Source: an uncultured Nitrososphaeraceae archaeon
Lineage (GTDB): Archaea > Thermoproteota > Nitrososphaeria > Nitrososphaerales > Nitrososphaeraceae
Length of the DNA: 64,000 bases
Assembly: GCA_963779615.1 (NCBI GenBank)
Contig: CAVZZA010000001.1
Location: 544,001 to 608,000, forward strand
Reading direction: 5' to 3'
Both the position numbers and the translations under genes were made by a program. Below the pieces are notes generated by a model. That model saw only the letters and a program-made list of their open reading frames with translations, had not been told where the DNA came from and ran no database searches. Within the stretch, counting starts at the first letter, position 1, and every line of letters begins with the position of its first letter. Shown one piece after another: positions 62,758 through 64,000 of the stretch.

Positions 62758-63852
62758 ATGCCTGATGATTTTATTGTAGATTACGGTAGTTTGCTAAAAA
62801 ATAGCTATAGTGAGATGGGTGGGGTTTATAACACTGACAATTCTTTACACCATGATGACCTGGTTAAAATAGCGAATAACTTCTCTTCATATTTTGTAGA
62901 TGTTAAAGTATCCAGCCCATTTGTTGTTGTATTGAAAACAATCGCGTATTATTTACAGTCTAGTTATACTGTAATGGCTAAAAATGAAGTCTATGATTTT
63001 TTCATTACATCCTACAAGTTCTTGGCAACACATGTTGATAAAACAAAGGGTAATCAGGAAAGTCCAAAATCAAATTCGATGATGGTTGATAACGTCATTT
63101 TTGAAATTTGCAATGACGTGCTAAATAATTACGATAAATATGAGGATGCCATGAAAATCCAAATTCCGAATCTAATTGTTGATATAGTCACTATCTTGTT
63201 TCTTAAAGTGGACCCCTATGGTAAAAAAGTTTCAATTTTTCAAATAAAGCCTTATTATGTGTCTAAAAAAGAATGCTTGTTAAATAAAGAGTGTTTTTAC
63301 CCATCAAAAATTAGTTTTGCTGAGGGTACTGAATCGTTGGTGGTGGAGGATAAAAAAACCAAAAGCCCCAATAACTACAAAGAAAAAAATGTTAAAGCTG
63401 GAGAGGCAATGGAAATTAACTCCAGCCCTGGTGCTGTTTTGGACAATAAAAATTTTATGCGTAGTGATATGGTATTCAAAATCAATCAGATTACCAAAAG
63501 AGATAGCGACTCTATTGAAAGATCCCTATCCTCATTGCCTGAAAAGGAGATTAGAAAACTACATGACATTTGCAATAACTATAATAAAATTGTCAAATAC
63601 AACAACTTTGATAATCTCAAAGATTTTAAATCAGAGCTTGAAAATGAACTGAAACGCCCTTTATCGGAGAAGCAAATAAGGCATTCGCAAATATCCATAA
63701 AAAAAGTCCATTTTTACATGGAAAACATATTGGACGGCAAATTTGAACCGCATTTGACCCATGGCATTAACCATGTGAAGCACAATTTTGAATATGGTTA
63801 CAGGTTGGCGGGTTTATTGAGGAATACAAAACCTGGGATTGGAAAAAAGTAG
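62758..63852 (+). CDS. Hypothetical protein ending in an HD-domain-like first helix
   Basis: 364 aa ORF; C-terminal PHLTHGINHVKHNFEYG. Confidence 0.65.
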   Translation: MPDDFIVDYGSLLKNSYSEMGGVYNTDNSLHHDDLVKIANNFSSYFVDVKVSSPFVVVLKTIAYYLQSSYTVMAKNEVYDFFITSYKFLATHVDKTKGNQESPKSNSMMVDNVIFEICNDVLNNYDKYEDAMKIQIPNLIVDIVTILFLKVDPYGKKVSIFQIKPYYVSKKECLLNKECFYPSKISFAEGTESLVVEDKKTKSPNNYKEKNVKAGEAMEINSSPGAVLDNKNFMRSDMVFKINQITKRDSDSIERSLSSLPEKEIRKLHDICNNYNKIVKYNNFDNLKDFKSELENELKRPLSEKQIRHSQISIKKVHFYMENILDGKFEPHLTHGINHVKHNFEYGYRLAGLLRNTKPGIGKK

Positions 63853-64000
63853 GCACATAACAATCATGTTCCTTTACTGTGTTTCCTATCCCCTCGCCCT
63901 CACAACCAGGATGGTTATTTGTAAAAGCGCGTTACAAAGATAGGTCCAATACTTAACGCTGCAAAATATTGTAAATGTAATAACTCACCCGTAGAATACA

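Noticed and set aside
63915-63998. 3' end of a minus-strand gene at the window edge (YSTGELLHLQYFAALSIGPIFVTRFYK)
   Set aside because: Only 27 codons are visible; too short to support a call.

Overview
AT-rich archaeal core-genome window from an ammonia-oxidising archaeon. Nitrososphaerota is well supported; Nitrososphaeraceae/Ca. Nitrosocosmicus is inferred from gene content, low GC and lineage-typical secreted proteins. It carries replication genes (rfcS, GINS, mcm), aIF-2beta, grpE-dnaK-dnaJ, tiaS, hisI, a threonine-synthase-like gene beside a ubiquitin-like/E1 (MoaD-ThiF) fusion, ogg, a beta-CASP RNase, thiL, rps11, map, sulfite reductase plus rhodanese, a thpR-cca-kinase cluster, valS, queC/queD, a NirK-type copper enzyme and amt. 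Four tRNAs were read by hand; three (Leu-CAG, initiator Met, Trp) each carry two bulge-helix-bulge (BHB)-type introns, four of the six at non-canonical sites. No CRISPR array, intact transposase or integrase was seen. Four genes are broken by single-base frameshifts, most likely assembly errors. The best leads are the internally blocked Ubl-E1 fusion next to a ThrC-like enzyme, a tandem methyltransferase pair with perfectly identical DNA blocks, a QueD with a nuclease-like N-terminal domain, the double-intron tRNAs (one overlapped antisense by tiaS) and a palindrome at the nirK promoter. All calls come from motif reading; no searches were run, so novelty is unverified.
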